A stretch of 47,579 bases of DNA from Octopus bimaculoides (taxonomy: Eukaryota): assembly GCF_001194135.2 (NCBI RefSeq), contig NC_068992.1:3727005-3774583 (forward strand), read 5' to 3'. How positions within the stretch are numbered: position 1 is the stretch's first letter; each line of letters begins with the position of its first letter. Shown piece after piece: positions 47,559-47,579 of the stretch. The translations under genes and the position numbers were made by a program. Below the pieces are notes generated by a model. It worked only from the letters and a program-made list of their open reading frames with translations, did no database searches and was not told the origin of the DNA.

Positions 47559-47579
47559 AGTTGGAGAGAAAGAGAGAGA

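Overview
This is eukaryotic, AT-rich draft-assembly DNA with 15 N-gaps, most of them flanked by (TA)n, (CA)n or (GA)n microsatellites. The SINE families and microsatellite load match what I recall of octopus (coleoid cephalopod) genomes; that assignment is an inference, not a database result. I cannot identify any intact protein-coding gene, rRNA, tRNA or CRISPR array. Most of the supplied ORFs are translations of microsatellites or N-gaps; a few overlap retroelement or transposon relics. What the sequence supports is a record of decayed mobile elements: a CR1/L2-type LINE 3' end, an R4/Dong-type RLE retroelement fragment, RTE fragments, a pogo/Tigger transposase relic, two mariner-derived MITEs, a probable Tc1-like relic, many tRNA-derived SINEs of at least three types, and probable Penelope-like terminal repeats carrying decayed hammerhead-ribozyme cores. 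The most interesting unexplained signals are: (i) the hammerhead-like cores plus fold-back inverted repeats; (ii) inverted SINE pairs that could be A-to-I editing substrates; (iii) several diverged local duplications in otherwise unique DNA; (iv) a compact hairpin array at 19.7 kb; (v) a degenerate CPxC repeat region at 4.2-4.8 kb; (vi) a few short candidate exons with good splice signals but no recognisable homology. I found no convincing novel biological system.
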